NCBI GenBank assembly: GCA_963740355.1
Contig: CAVUDW010000002.1
Coordinates: forward strand, 1,792,001-1,856,000
Direction: 5' to 3'
Length of the DNA stretch: 64,000 nucleotides
Source: an uncultured Gemmatimonadaceae bacterium
Lineage (GTDB): Bacteria > Gemmatimonadota > Gemmatimonadetes > Gemmatimonadales > Gemmatimonadaceae
The translations under genes were made by a program, and so were the position numbers. Below are positions 10,398 to 19,341 of the stretch, in pieces. The notes under the pieces were generated by a model, which ran no database searches, had not been told where the DNA came from, and was given only the letters and a program-made list of their open reading frames with translations. Positions within the stretch are counted from its first letter, which is position 1, and the number at the start of each line of letters is the position of its first letter.

Positions 10398-11303
10398 TTA
10401 CTGGCGAGCCGTCAGGCCTTCGAGCGTGATCCGGTATTCCTTGGCCTGGGCGTCGTACTTCACCGAGTACGCGGTGGGGTAGGTGCCGGGTTTCGCGACC
10501 TTGGTGGCCACGCCGACGGGCATCGTGACGCCGTTCGGCATCGTCTTCACCGACTCGATGAACGCCTTGGTGATCATCGGCTCGGCGAAGATGAACTTCC
10601 CGTCATAGGTGCCGTAGAGGAACGTGGTCGTGAACATGTGCCCTGCCGGCGGCGGCTGCAGTTCGGGCGACGAGACATCCAGCCAGTGCACACCCATGAA
10701 CGGAACCGCGGCGGCCGCTGCCGGGATGTTGGCCACGACCGAGGCCGCAGCGTAGCCCGCCGGCACATACTCAGCACTTGGGAAGATCGCCGACTTGGCC
10801 GCGAACTGTGGATTCGATGGCACGATCGACTCGCGTTCGGCCGACGTGATCTGGTAGAAGTGGAAGTCGAAGTGCGGGTGCGTGTACACCTGATCCGGCT
10901 CATGCCCCATCGGATTCCAATCGAGCATCACGTGATCGAATCCCGTTGCGCCGGAGTTGGCCGGCAGGTCCAGCACCAGCATCGCCGCCGACGGCATGCC
11001 GGGCATCGGCGTCATCGGCAGGCCCTGCATCGCCGCTTCCGTCATGGCGATGCCCAGCGCCACGGGCTTGCCGGAATCATCGCGCGTGAGGAAGGTGCGC
11101 GCGGTACCTTGGCCAAGGGCTTGTGCCGTGCCGAACGTGGTGCGTGCGCTGGCCGGTGACGTCGTGTCATTGGAGCAGGCCGTGGCGCTGCTGGCGATCA
11201 TCGCGGCCGACAGCACCGCGGTCATGCGACGCGGCACTTGATGCGTCAGAACAGTCGAACCATTGAACAACTTGTCGATGGCAGTGGAAAAGATGCGAGA
11301 CAT
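10398..11303 (-). CDS. Putative lipoprotein, DUF5602/TTHB210-like, His-rich
   Basis: SATAC lipobox-like site; LDWNPMGHEP..YTHPHFDFHFY, PFMGVHW, YGTYDGKFIFAEPMIT motifs. Start uncertain (11303 or 11225). Confidence 0.7.
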   Translation of the reverse strand: MSRIFSTAIDKLFNGSTVLTHQVPRRMTAVLSAAMIASSATACSNDTTSPASARTTFGTAQALGQGTARTFLTRDDSGKPVALGIAMTEAAMQGLPMTPMPGMPSAAMLVLDLPANSGATGFDHVMLDWNPMGHEPDQVYTHPHFDFHFYQITSAERESIVPSNPQFAAKSAIFPSAEYVPAGYAAASVVANIPAAAAAVPFMGVHWLDVSSPELQPPPAGHMFTTTFLYGTYDGKFIFAEPMITKAFIESVKTMPNGVTMPVGVATKVAKPGTYPTAYSVKYDAQAKEYRITLEGLTARQ

Positions 11304-11386
11304 GGTCGGAATCCTGTGGGCAGATGGGAGTGATGCGTGCGGTACTCGCTCGCAGGAGTACGATGCCGCGTCCCCCAGAGGCGCGA

Positions 11387-12415
11387 ATGGGTGAAGTGAC
11401 CCAACTTTTTGCGCCGATGGATGCGCCGGCTTACGCGCCGCTGCGGATCGGCATCCTCGGCAGTGCGCGCATCGCACGGAATTTCGCAGCAGGCGTTTCC
11501 GCGTCGTCGCGCGTGGTTGTCGCCGCGATTGCCAGTCGTGACAGCGCGCGTGCGCAGCAGTTCGCGACGGACAACGGCATCGCACTGTCGTTCGGATCGT
11601 ACCAGTCGATGCTCGACTCGGATGCAATCGACGTGGTCTACAATCCGCTGCCGAACAGCCTGCACGCGGAATGGTCGATTCGTGCGATGGAAGCGGGCAA
11701 GCATGTGCTCTGCGAGAAGCCGCTTGCCGCATCAGCCCATGAGGCGCGCGCGATGTACGATGCCGCACGACGACACGGCGTTCATCTCGTGGAGGCGTAT
11801 CCGTATCGGTCGCAGCCGCAGACACTGATCCTGCAACAGATGATCGCCGCCGGCGAGATCGGCCGCGTCCGCACGATTCACGCGGCGTTCGGATTCACAC
11901 TCACCGATCGCAGCAACATTCGATTCGACGCCGCGCTGGCCGGCGGCGCGCTGATGGATTTGGGCAGCTATCCGCTGAGCTTTATCCGGATGCTCGCTGG
12001 AGCCGCTCCTACCGCGATGTCTGCCCTCGGCACGTGGGACGAAGCGGGCGTCGACACGGCAGCCGTGGTCTCATTGCGCTTTGCAGACGGAATGCTGGCG
12101 CAAGCGGCCTGCAGTTTCGACACGGTGGTTCATCGGCAGGCGTTGATCGCCGGCGACGCGGGCGTCATCGAGACGACCTTCGCCAATCACACCACCGACG
12201 TCCCGCCGGTGTTGCGAATCCGGCGCGGTTCCGACCGTCTCGCGCCATGGGAGGTGCTGCCGGTGCCTGGACTGAACGGCTTTCTCGCGGAAGCCGAGGC
12301 CTTCGCCGATCTCATCGCAGGAAAGCCGTGGACCGGCATCAGTGAAGCCGAGTCGCTGGATGTGGCCGTGATGCTCGACGCGTTGCGTGCGCAGGTGGCG
12401 TCGAGCGCTCCGTAG
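11387..12415 (+). CDS. Gfo/Idh/MocA family NAD(P)-dependent oxidoreductase
   Basis: IGILGSARIA, YNPLPNSLH, GKHVLCEKP, GGALMDLGSY. Start uncertain (11387 or 11417). Confidence 0.9.
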   Translation: MGEVTQLFAPMDAPAYAPLRIGILGSARIARNFAAGVSASSRVVVAAIASRDSARAQQFATDNGIALSFGSYQSMLDSDAIDVVYNPLPNSLHAEWSIRAMEAGKHVLCEKPLAASAHEARAMYDAARRHGVHLVEAYPYRSQPQTLILQQMIAAGEIGRVRTIHAAFGFTLTDRSNIRFDAALAGGALMDLGSYPLSFIRMLAGAAPTAMSALGTWDEAGVDTAAVVSLRFADGMLAQAACSFDTVVHRQALIAGDAGVIETTFANHTTDVPPVLRIRRGSDRLAPWEVLPVPGLNGFLAEAEAFADLIAGKPWTGISEAESLDVAVMLDALRAQVASSAP

Positions 12416-12507
12416 TGCCACGGCGTTCGTCAGCGGTGCAATGCAGCGACGACGTGCAGGTCGACTGCATTGCTCCCCTCAGCCGTCGTTGCGCGCCTGC
12501 TTCGTGA

Positions 12508-13518
12508 CTACGGCCGAATCGTGCGTGTCGTGTACGCGACGCCATCGGGCGTCTGGCCGGCGTCGATCTCACGAATGACCGTGCGGGTGGCGACATCGAT
12601 CACCGCCACCTTGCCTGTCGCGCTGAACGAAAGGAAAACGTGACGACCGTCAGGCGTGTACGTGATGCCCTGCGGTGCCTTGCCTGGCAGTGACAGTCGT
12701 TGCACTTCGGCGCGTGTCCTCCGCGTCACGAATCGCAGCTCTTCTCCCTTCAGGTCTGGGAGCAGGACCAGCGCCGTATCCGGCGAGAAAAGCACGCGGT
12801 AGGGCCAGCCGAAGCCCGTTGCCGCCGTCGTGACCGCACCGGTTGCAGCGTCAATCACGCTCACGTTGCCGGTGGCGTTACTGCCGACCCAGACCTCACT
12901 GCCGTCGGGCGTGACGTTGATCGCCTCCGGTTGCGCAGGGACGGAGATCGTCCGCAGTGCTGCGCCGCTGGTGAGATCGAGCTCGGTGACACTGTTGCTG
13001 CCGATGTTGCCGGTCCATGCACGTCGACCATCGCCCGTGACGCCGACCATGTGCGACCCGTTCTGGCCGGTCGGGATCGCGCGCACGATCTGCCCCGACA
13101 CCAGGTGCACGATCAGCAGGGTCTTGTTCGTCTCGGACGTCACCGCCGCCAGCGAGTCCCCAGGCAACAACACGATGCCATGTGGACGACGGTATTCACC
13201 AAGGGTGATCGTGCGTGCGACGCGCATGGCGGGGATGTCGATCACCGTCAGCGAACTGCCGGGCACCTGCGCGCCATAGTCGGTTATGACCGCGATGCGG
13301 CCATCGCGTGACGTCACCACTTCGTGCGGCCCCTGCCCGGTGGGGAGTGTGGCGATCACGCGACCGCTGGCGACGTCGAGGATCGTTGCCGTGGCGGGGC
13401 TCTTGTTGGTGATGACGAGTGTGCCGGATTGCGCAGACAGCGCGCCAGTCGCGAATACACTGGCCAGCAGCAGCCTGGCTGCTGCCGTCAACGTCTGGCG
13501 TCGGGAAGCGTCGATCAT
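12508..13518 (-). CDS. Exported YVTN/YncE-type beta-propeller protein
   Basis: Signal peptide; repeated GxxPH/PEA/PQG/PDG blade motifs, SPDG-like turns. Confidence 0.85.
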   Translation of the reverse strand: MIDASRRQTLTAAARLLLASVFATGALSAQSGTLVITNKSPATATILDVASGRVIATLPTGQGPHEVVTSRDGRIAVITDYGAQVPGSSLTVIDIPAMRVARTITLGEYRRPHGIVLLPGDSLAAVTSETNKTLLIVHLVSGQIVRAIPTGQNGSHMVGVTGDGRRAWTGNIGSNSVTELDLTSGAALRTISVPAQPEAINVTPDGSEVWVGSNATGNVSVIDAATGAVTTAATGFGWPYRVLFSPDTALVLLPDLKGEELRFVTRRTRAEVQRLSLPGKAPQGITYTPDGRHVFLSFSATGKVAVIDVATRTVIREIDAGQTPDGVAYTTRTIRP

Positions 13519-13597
13519 GGCGTGGCCCTGAAACGGAAGTTTTCGTCGGCGGATACAGCTTCGTACGCAGCGGCGTGGTGGAACGCTACGCGGCGCC

Positions 13598-13915
13598 TCA
13601 CCGCGACTTGAACGACCAGCCCCGAAGCTTGAGGGCATCGCCCAGGATGCGAACCGCCTTCGGGCCCATCCCGTGTTTCGCCAGAAGCTCCCGCTCGGTG
13701 ACCGTCGTGAGATGCTCGAGGCGGGTCAGCCCAGCCGCAAGCAGCGCCCGCAATGCGGGTTCAGCCACGCCGCGCGGAAACTGCTCGCGAATGGTCGCAG
13801 TGCTGGCGTTCGCCTCAGCGCGCTTCGCCGGATCCTCGGTCAGCGGACAGGATGATCCACTGACCGCTGATGGTTTTGCGGTGCTGCGCAGCATCGGCCT
13901 CGCGTTCGCCTTCAT
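13598..13915 (-). CDS. Small HhH / RNA polymerase alpha-CTD-like DNA-binding protein
   Basis: PALRALLAAGLTRLEHL..TERELLAKHGMGPKAVRIL; starts immediately after the SRPBCC stop. Confidence 0.7.
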   Translation of the reverse strand: MKANARPMLRSTAKPSAVSGSSCPLTEDPAKRAEANASTATIREQFPRGVAEPALRALLAAGLTRLEHLTTVTERELLAKHGMGPKAVRILGDALKLRGWSFKSR

Positions 13916-13916
13916 G

Positions 13917-14429
13917 TCACTGTCGCGACTTGATGAACGCCACCAGCTGGTCGAGCGCCGTCCCCCAACCCGTGTGGAATCCCATCGCTTCATGTTGTGC
14001 CCGACCTTCAGGATCGGCGTGCGTCGCAATGGCCGTGTACTTCGTGCCGCTGCCGACCGATTCGAGCTCGATCGAGGCCGTCATCTGCATCTGGCTCCCG
14101 GTCGAGTGTGCGCGCAGCGTGGGCCGAAAGCCCGGGCCGAGCGCGTCGGTCCAGACCACGCGCGTTTCTGGCACCACCTCCAGATAGCAGCCCGCGTTCG
14201 GATATTCCTCGCCTTCGGGCGACACCATCGTGGTGAAGAACTCTCCACCCGGGCGCAGGTCGATACGGCAGGCGTTCACGCTCCACGGCTTGGGGCAGAA
14301 CCATGGCATCAGCAATTCCGGCGTCGTCCACGCGGCCCACACGAGGCTCTTGGGGACATCGATCACGCGCTCCAGCACCAGGTCGAGCGCTGGGTTCACG
14401 ACGATGGGCGAGCGAGCAGTCATTTCCAT
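13917..14429 (-). CDS. SRPBCC (AHA1/YndB-like) family protein
   Basis: [45 protein letters not shown]. Confidence 0.9.
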   Translation of the reverse strand: MEMTARSPIVVNPALDLVLERVIDVPKSLVWAAWTTPELLMPWFCPKPWSVNACRIDLRPGGEFFTTMVSPEGEEYPNAGCYLEVVPETRVVWTDALGPGFRPTLRAHSTGSQMQMTASIELESVGSGTKYTAIATHADPEGRAQHEAMGFHTGWGTALDQLVAFIKSRQ

Positions 14430-14538
14430 TCCTCAGGGCGAATAGGCACAGTGGCGATTCTAGGCCTGGGCATCGCTTAGGGCAACACCTTAGTGATGCA
14501 TCGCAAGATGGCGCGCGGGTGATCGATTGTGACCTGCG

Positions 14539-15345
14539 GTGTCGCGCCGCGGCGCACCGAGCGAGCTTTCGCGCGTGACCACTGCCTCGTCGGGCTCGCT
14601 GACACACTTTGCGCTGGAAACCCTGGCGTACTTCGTCGCGGCTCGCTGGTACTGGCGCGCTGCTCGGGTGGGACCACAGCCGCCGCCGCGCGACCGCTTC
14701 CTTCTCCTCGCGTGCGCCGTGTTCGGGGCAGCACTCGGCAGCAAGCTGCTGCATGTGTTCGAGCACCTGCCGGCGCTGCTCGAGCGGCGCGACATGGCGC
14801 TCTGGCTCGGTGGAAAGTCAGTGCTTGGCGGTTTCCTTGGCGGCACCGTCGGCGTCGAGATCGGCAAGCGGAGCATCGGTTGGCGTCAGGCCACCGGCGA
14901 CACCTGGGTAGTGCCGATCACCCTCGGGCTGCTGATCGGTCGCCTCGGCTGTCAGCTCTCCGGACTCTGGGATCAGACCTACGGCAATCCGACCACGCTG
15001 CCGTGGGGCTGGAATTACGGCGATGGCATTCCGCGGCACCCGGTCGCCGCATACGAAATGTTCGGTGTGATGCTCCTGTATCTCGCAATACGACATCGTT
15101 TCGACCCGTTTCCGGGGGCGCGATTCGCCGCGCTGCTGCTCGGGTACTCGGCGTTGCGCCTCGCCCTCGAGTGCCTCAAGCCTCCGTTTGGTCCACTGGC
15201 GCCCGGCACATTGCCGGTGGCACTCTACGCGGGCCTGACCGCCATTCAGTGGGCCGCGCTCTTCGGTATCGTGTGGTATGGCGTGCTTTTGCGTCGTCGC
15301 CTGACGGTGGTCGAGTCGCCCGCCGCGACACGCGCCGCGTACTGA
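14539..15345 (+). CDS. Prolipoprotein diacylglyceryl transferase (Lgt)-like membrane protein, divergent paralogue
   Basis: About 7 TM helices; IGRLGC..SG, TYG.PT.LPWG, RHPVAAYE, LRLALE motifs. The HGG motif appears as GKSVLGG. Start GTG 14539 or 14575. Confidence 0.8.
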   Translation: MSRRGAPSELSRVTTASSGSLTHFALETLAYFVAARWYWRAARVGPQPPPRDRFLLLACAVFGAALGSKLLHVFEHLPALLERRDMALWLGGKSVLGGFLGGTVGVEIGKRSIGWRQATGDTWVVPITLGLLIGRLGCQLSGLWDQTYGNPTTLPWGWNYGDGIPRHPVAAYEMFGVMLLYLAIRHRFDPFPGARFAALLLGYSALRLALECLKPPFGPLAPGTLPVALYAGLTAIQWAALFGIVWYGVLLRRRLTVVESPAATRAAY

Positions 15346-15365
15346 CTCCTGCTGCCCACCACTGA

Positions 15366-16800
15366 ATGCCGAAGACGCGTCCCTACCTCTACTACGATCA
15401 CGTCGTCAGCCTGTGCGACGAGTGCCTGCGTCGCATCGAGGGGAAGCTCGTCATTCGCGACAACATGGTGTGGATGTACAAGTGGTGTCCGTCGCATGGG
15501 CAGACGAAGGTGCTCGTCGCCTCGGATGCGGCCTTCTGGCGCATGGGGCGCGAGGTCTACATCAAGCCCCCCGAAATGCCGGAGCGGTTCAACACCGAGA
15601 TGGCATGGGGCTGCCCATATGATTGCGGACTCTGTCCGGATCACATGCAGCACTCCTGCCTCACGATTCTCGAGGTCACGGATCACTGCAATCTCTCGTG
15701 CCCGGTGTGTTACGCCGCGAGCGGGCCACATCGCACCGAGCGGCGTGACCTGGCCACGATCGAGAAGATGCTGGATGCCATCGTGGCGAATGAAGGTGAG
15801 CCGGATGTGGTGCAGATCTCCGGTGGTGAGCCGACGACACATCCCGACTTTTTCGCCATTCTCGATGCGGCGAAGCGTCGGCCGATCCGGCACCTGATGC
15901 TGAATACGAATGGGATTCGGATCGCGCAGGAGCCTGGGTTTGCGGAACGCCTGGCTGCGTACGCACCGGGCTTCGAGATCTACCTGCAATTCGATTCATT
16001 GCAGCGTGATGCACTTCATGACCCTGCGCGGTGCGGACCTGCGCAGGATCCGTGAAGAGGCGGTGGCGGCGCTCGATCGCGTCGGTCTGTCCACCACGCT
16101 CGTGATGACGGTCGCGCAGGGCGTGAACGACCAGGAGATCGGCGATGTGATCGAGTGGGCGACGAAACACTCGTGCATCCGCGGCGTGACGCTGCAGCCG
16201 ATCCAGTTCGCTGGACGAATCGATGGGGTGCCGCAACAGACGGCACGCCTCACGCTCACCGAGGTGCGGCAGCGGCTGCTCGACCAATGCCCGATCTTCC
16301 AGCCGGATGATGTGATTCCGGTGCCGTGCAATCCCGATGCGCTGGCGATGGGTTATGCGCTCCGGACACCCGCCGGCATCATGCCGCTGACGCGTTTCAT
16401 TCCTCCCGACGTCCTGCTGGCTGGTGAGCGCAACACCATCGTGTTCGAGCAGGATCCGAATCTCAAGGACCAGGTCTTCCGGCTCTTCGCGACCAATCAC
16501 TCGCCGGAGTCGCAGGCAAAACATCTCGCTTCGCTGCTCTGCTGCCTGCCGAGCATCGACGCGCCGCCGAGTGTGGGCTATGACAGCGTGTTCCGCGTGC
16601 TGATCATGGCGTTCATGGATGCCACGGCGTTCGATGTTCGCGCAATGAAGAAGAGCTGCGTGCACATCGTGCAACCCGATGGCCGGATCATCCCATTCGA
16701 GTCGTACAACCTGTTGTATCGAGACGACCGTCGCGCGATCCTCGACGAACGACGTGCCGAAGTGGATCAACTCTTCCAGCTGCAGCGGAGCCCCGTATGA
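15366..16800 (+). CDS. Radical SAM enzyme, MJ0619/Tes (tetraether synthase)-like; +1 frameshift at about 16014-16017
   Basis: SLCDEC...CPSHG, GCPYDCGLCPDH, CNLSCPVC, SGGEPT, LNTNG, YLQFD in the first frame. Continues as MTLRGADL...LLCCLP...SCVHIVQPDGRIIPF in the next frame (GAT GCA CTT C ATG). Confidence 0.85.
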
Positions 16801-16813
16801 ACGGTCTACCGGC

Positions 16814-17041
16814 ATGAAACGCGTCGTGGTTGGGATCTTGCTGCTGGTTGGCGGCCTGCTTGGCCTGTTCATGTCGGCATGCGGCGCCTTCATCAGCGTG
16901 GCGATGCTCGCGGACCGTGCGAGTCGGCAATACGCGGGTATGCTGATTCTGTCCGTGCCGTGTGCGCTGGTTGGCGTGCTGCTGCTCTGGTTTGTTTGGC
17001 GCCGCTTCAAGAAGTTTCGCGCACCAATCACGAATGGCTGA
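16814..17041 (+). CDS. 75-aa two-helix membrane peptide with lipobox-like Cys
   Basis: MKRVVVGILLLVGGLLGLFMSACGAFISVAML...MLILSVPCALVGVLLLWFVWRRFKK; starts 13 bp after the radical SAM stop; basic N- and C-termini. Confidence 0.65.
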   Translation: MKRVVVGILLLVGGLLGLFMSACGAFISVAMLADRASRQYAGMLILSVPCALVGVLLLWFVWRRFKKFRAPITNG

Positions 17042-17250
17042 TCGAGTTGGGCAAGACCGGGGGGCGCCTGTCAGCGTTTCGTGTGGAGGATCACGGCTTC
17101 GCGCGTCCGTCGAGCTGGACTGATGAGTACAGTCGCATCGTCACTCTGTTCGAGCGGACGATTGGTCCCAACGCATAGAAGGTCAGTGCAAGGAGTCGTT
17201 AAGGACGTGAGTCTACAGCGGATGCACCTGGAGTGTGTGTCGTGAATGCG

Positions 17251-18223
17251 ATGCGCGACCGCGGCGGTCGGCAGTCGCCACTGGCGGGACTGCTGCACGC
17301 CCGAGGGCTGGTGGTGGTTGACGGTGCGCTCGCCACGGAGCTCGAGCGACGGGGAGCGGACCTGCACGACCCACTCTGGTCGGCGCGTGTGCTGCTCGAG
17401 CAGCCGGCGCTCATCCGAGCGGTGCACGATGCCTACTTCGCCGCCGGCGCCGACATCGCGATTTCGGCGACCTATCAGGCCTCGTTCGAGGGGTTCGCGC
17501 GTCGAGGAATGGATGCGAGACGCCGCCGCCGCCTTGATGCGCGAAGCAGTCGCGATCGCCCGGGCCTCCCGCGACGCCTGGTGGGCGGCGCAGTCCCAGA
17601 TCGATGCGCGTCTGCGCCCGCTGGTCGCGGCCAGCGTCGGACCCTACGGCGCCTTCCTCGCCGATGGATCGGAGTACCGAGGCCAGTATGCGCTCACCGA
17701 GGAGCAGCTCGTCGCGTGGCATCGCGCGCGATTCGCGGTACTTGCAAGCAGCGGCGCTGAACTGCTGGCTTGCGAGACCATCCCCTGCGGCGACGAAGCA
17801 CGGGCGCTGGTGCGTTTGCTCGATGAACATCCGGGAGTGAAGGCTTGGATCAGCTTCTCTGCGCGCGATGGCGACGCGGTGGCGAACGGCGAGAGCTTTG
17901 CGGCGCTGGCCGCAGAAATCGGCGCGCATCCCCAGGTCGTTGCGATTGGCATCAACTGCACCGCACCACAGCATGTTGCCTCGCTGGTGCGCTCAGCGCG
18001 TGCCGTGACGTCGACGCCGATTGTCGTCTATCCCAACTCTGGCGAGACGTATGTCGCCGGAGACAAGCGTTGGGAGCCCGGCGCAGTCTGCGCGCCGTTC
18101 GTCGAGTCCGCGAAGCTGTGGGCCGCCGCCGGGGCCACGATCATCGGGGGCTGCTGTCGCACGACGCCAGAGGATGTCGCGGCGTTGCGTGTCTGGGTGG
18201 ACGCTGGCGCGGGCGCGGGGTGA
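17251..18223 (+). CDS. mmuM: Homocysteine S-methyltransferase; +1 frameshift at about 17514-17520
   Basis: VVDGALATELE..G.DLHDPLWSA, AYFAAGAD, TYQAS in the first frame; AASVGPYGAFLADGSEYRG, LACETIP, GINC, VYPNSGE, IGGCC in the next frame. Confidence 0.88.
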
Positions 18224-18287
18224 AAGCTCCGCAGATCGATCGCGAAGGCGGCGTCGATCAAGCGGGCGGCGGCATCAAGAGGGCAGG

Positions 18288-18419
18288 GATCAAGGGGTCA
18301 GAGATCTTGATAGATCAAGGGGTCAGAGATCTTGATCGCCGGTCGCGCGTACGTAAGTGCTGACCCACGAACGACTTACGTCGCCAGGAGTGCCGATCAA
18401 GATCTCCGACCCCTTGATC
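18288..18419. repeat. Palindromic REP-like element: 24-bp unit gatcaaggggtcagagatcttgat, two tandem copies plus one inverted copy
   Basis: Copies at 18288-18311 and 18313-18336; inverted copy 18396-18419 (1 mismatch); inner inverted pair acgtaagt/acttacgt. Confidence 0.8.
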
Positions 18420-18808
18420 GGGACTCAAGTGCATGCGGCCCAAGCACTTACGCCAGAAATTTCCCTGACAGAGCTGCCGACCAGCGCACCGCCGTGCTCG
18501 CAGGCCGTGGATGACGGCCGCATGGGTGGATCGCGATCGTCGCGCACCGTACGCCCCGATGCGGGTGCTCCGCGCGTCGGACGCCGGAGGCAGGGCTCGC
18601 TGAAACTGGGAGGATCGGCGCCTCGTAGTGATTCCTGTAGCGAAAAGTAGATATGACAGGTTCCATGATGTATCGCCTGTGTATCCTCCTCGAAGATTGG
18701 AGAAAACTGTGTTGCATTTCCCAACCTGCCTCGTTTATGTATTGCAGGTAGGGGTCGAATGACCACGTAGTTGTTATGACAGATTCACTTTTCCCAAGGA
18801 GTCGTGTT

Positions 18809-19216
18809 ATGCGTTCACGCTCAGCCATCACCACCCTCGCGTCCGCCCTCACGCTCACCATCGCGGCCGCCAACCCCCTCGCAGCACAGCGCACCAGCGC
18901 CATGCCTGCCGGTGCAGCCCGCGTCGTTGCGGCCTACGATTTCCGCAACAGCCCGACGGACCTCGCCTTCCCGCGCTCGGTCACCGTCTCTGATTCGGCC
19001 GGCACCCTGCTCGCCCGTGTCGACGTCGCTGGTGAGAATCGCTCGATCCCGATGACCGTCACTGTCATCGAGTCCACCCTCGTCCTCCAGGGCGAAACCA
19101 AGGAAGGCGTGTTGACGCTCGTGCTCGATCGCCAGAACGAAGGCGGCGTGACCAAGCTCTCCAGCGGCACGTGGACGCTCGGCAAGTATCAGGGTGAACT
19201 CCGCGCGGCGAAGTAA
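18809..19216 (+). CDS. Hypothetical exported beta-rich protein
   Basis: AAGGAG RBS, signal peptide ending LAA-Q, host-like codon usage. Confidence 0.8.
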   Translation: MRSRSAITTLASALTLTIAAANPLAAQRTSAMPAGAARVVAAYDFRNSPTDLAFPRSVTVSDSAGTLLARVDVAGENRSIPMTVTVIESTLVLQGETKEGVLTLVLDRQNEGGVTKLSSGTWTLGKYQGELRAAK

Positions 19217-19341
19217 GCCAGTGTCGCACGCGGGCTTCTGGTGAAGTCCGGGATGCGCCAGTCGGAGACGACAGTCGCTGACGGCATCCCGGCCTTTGCC
19301 CTGGCCCCGCTAGATTCAGCGGGACACTCTCACCGGTTCGT

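Noticed and set aside
16005..16025. Programmed ribosomal frameshift in the radical SAM gene
   Set aside because: No slippery sequence or stimulatory structure seen; four similar indels elsewhere point to assembly error.
17115..17160. CTGATGAG suggestive of a hammerhead ribozyme; region also inspected for a SAM/SAH riboswitch before mmuM
   Set aside because: No GAAA core after a stem II, and no SAM-I or SAH consensus found.
18288..18419. Possible mini-CRISPR (24-bp repeats)
   Set aside because: Copies are separated by 1 bp or inverted; no spacers.
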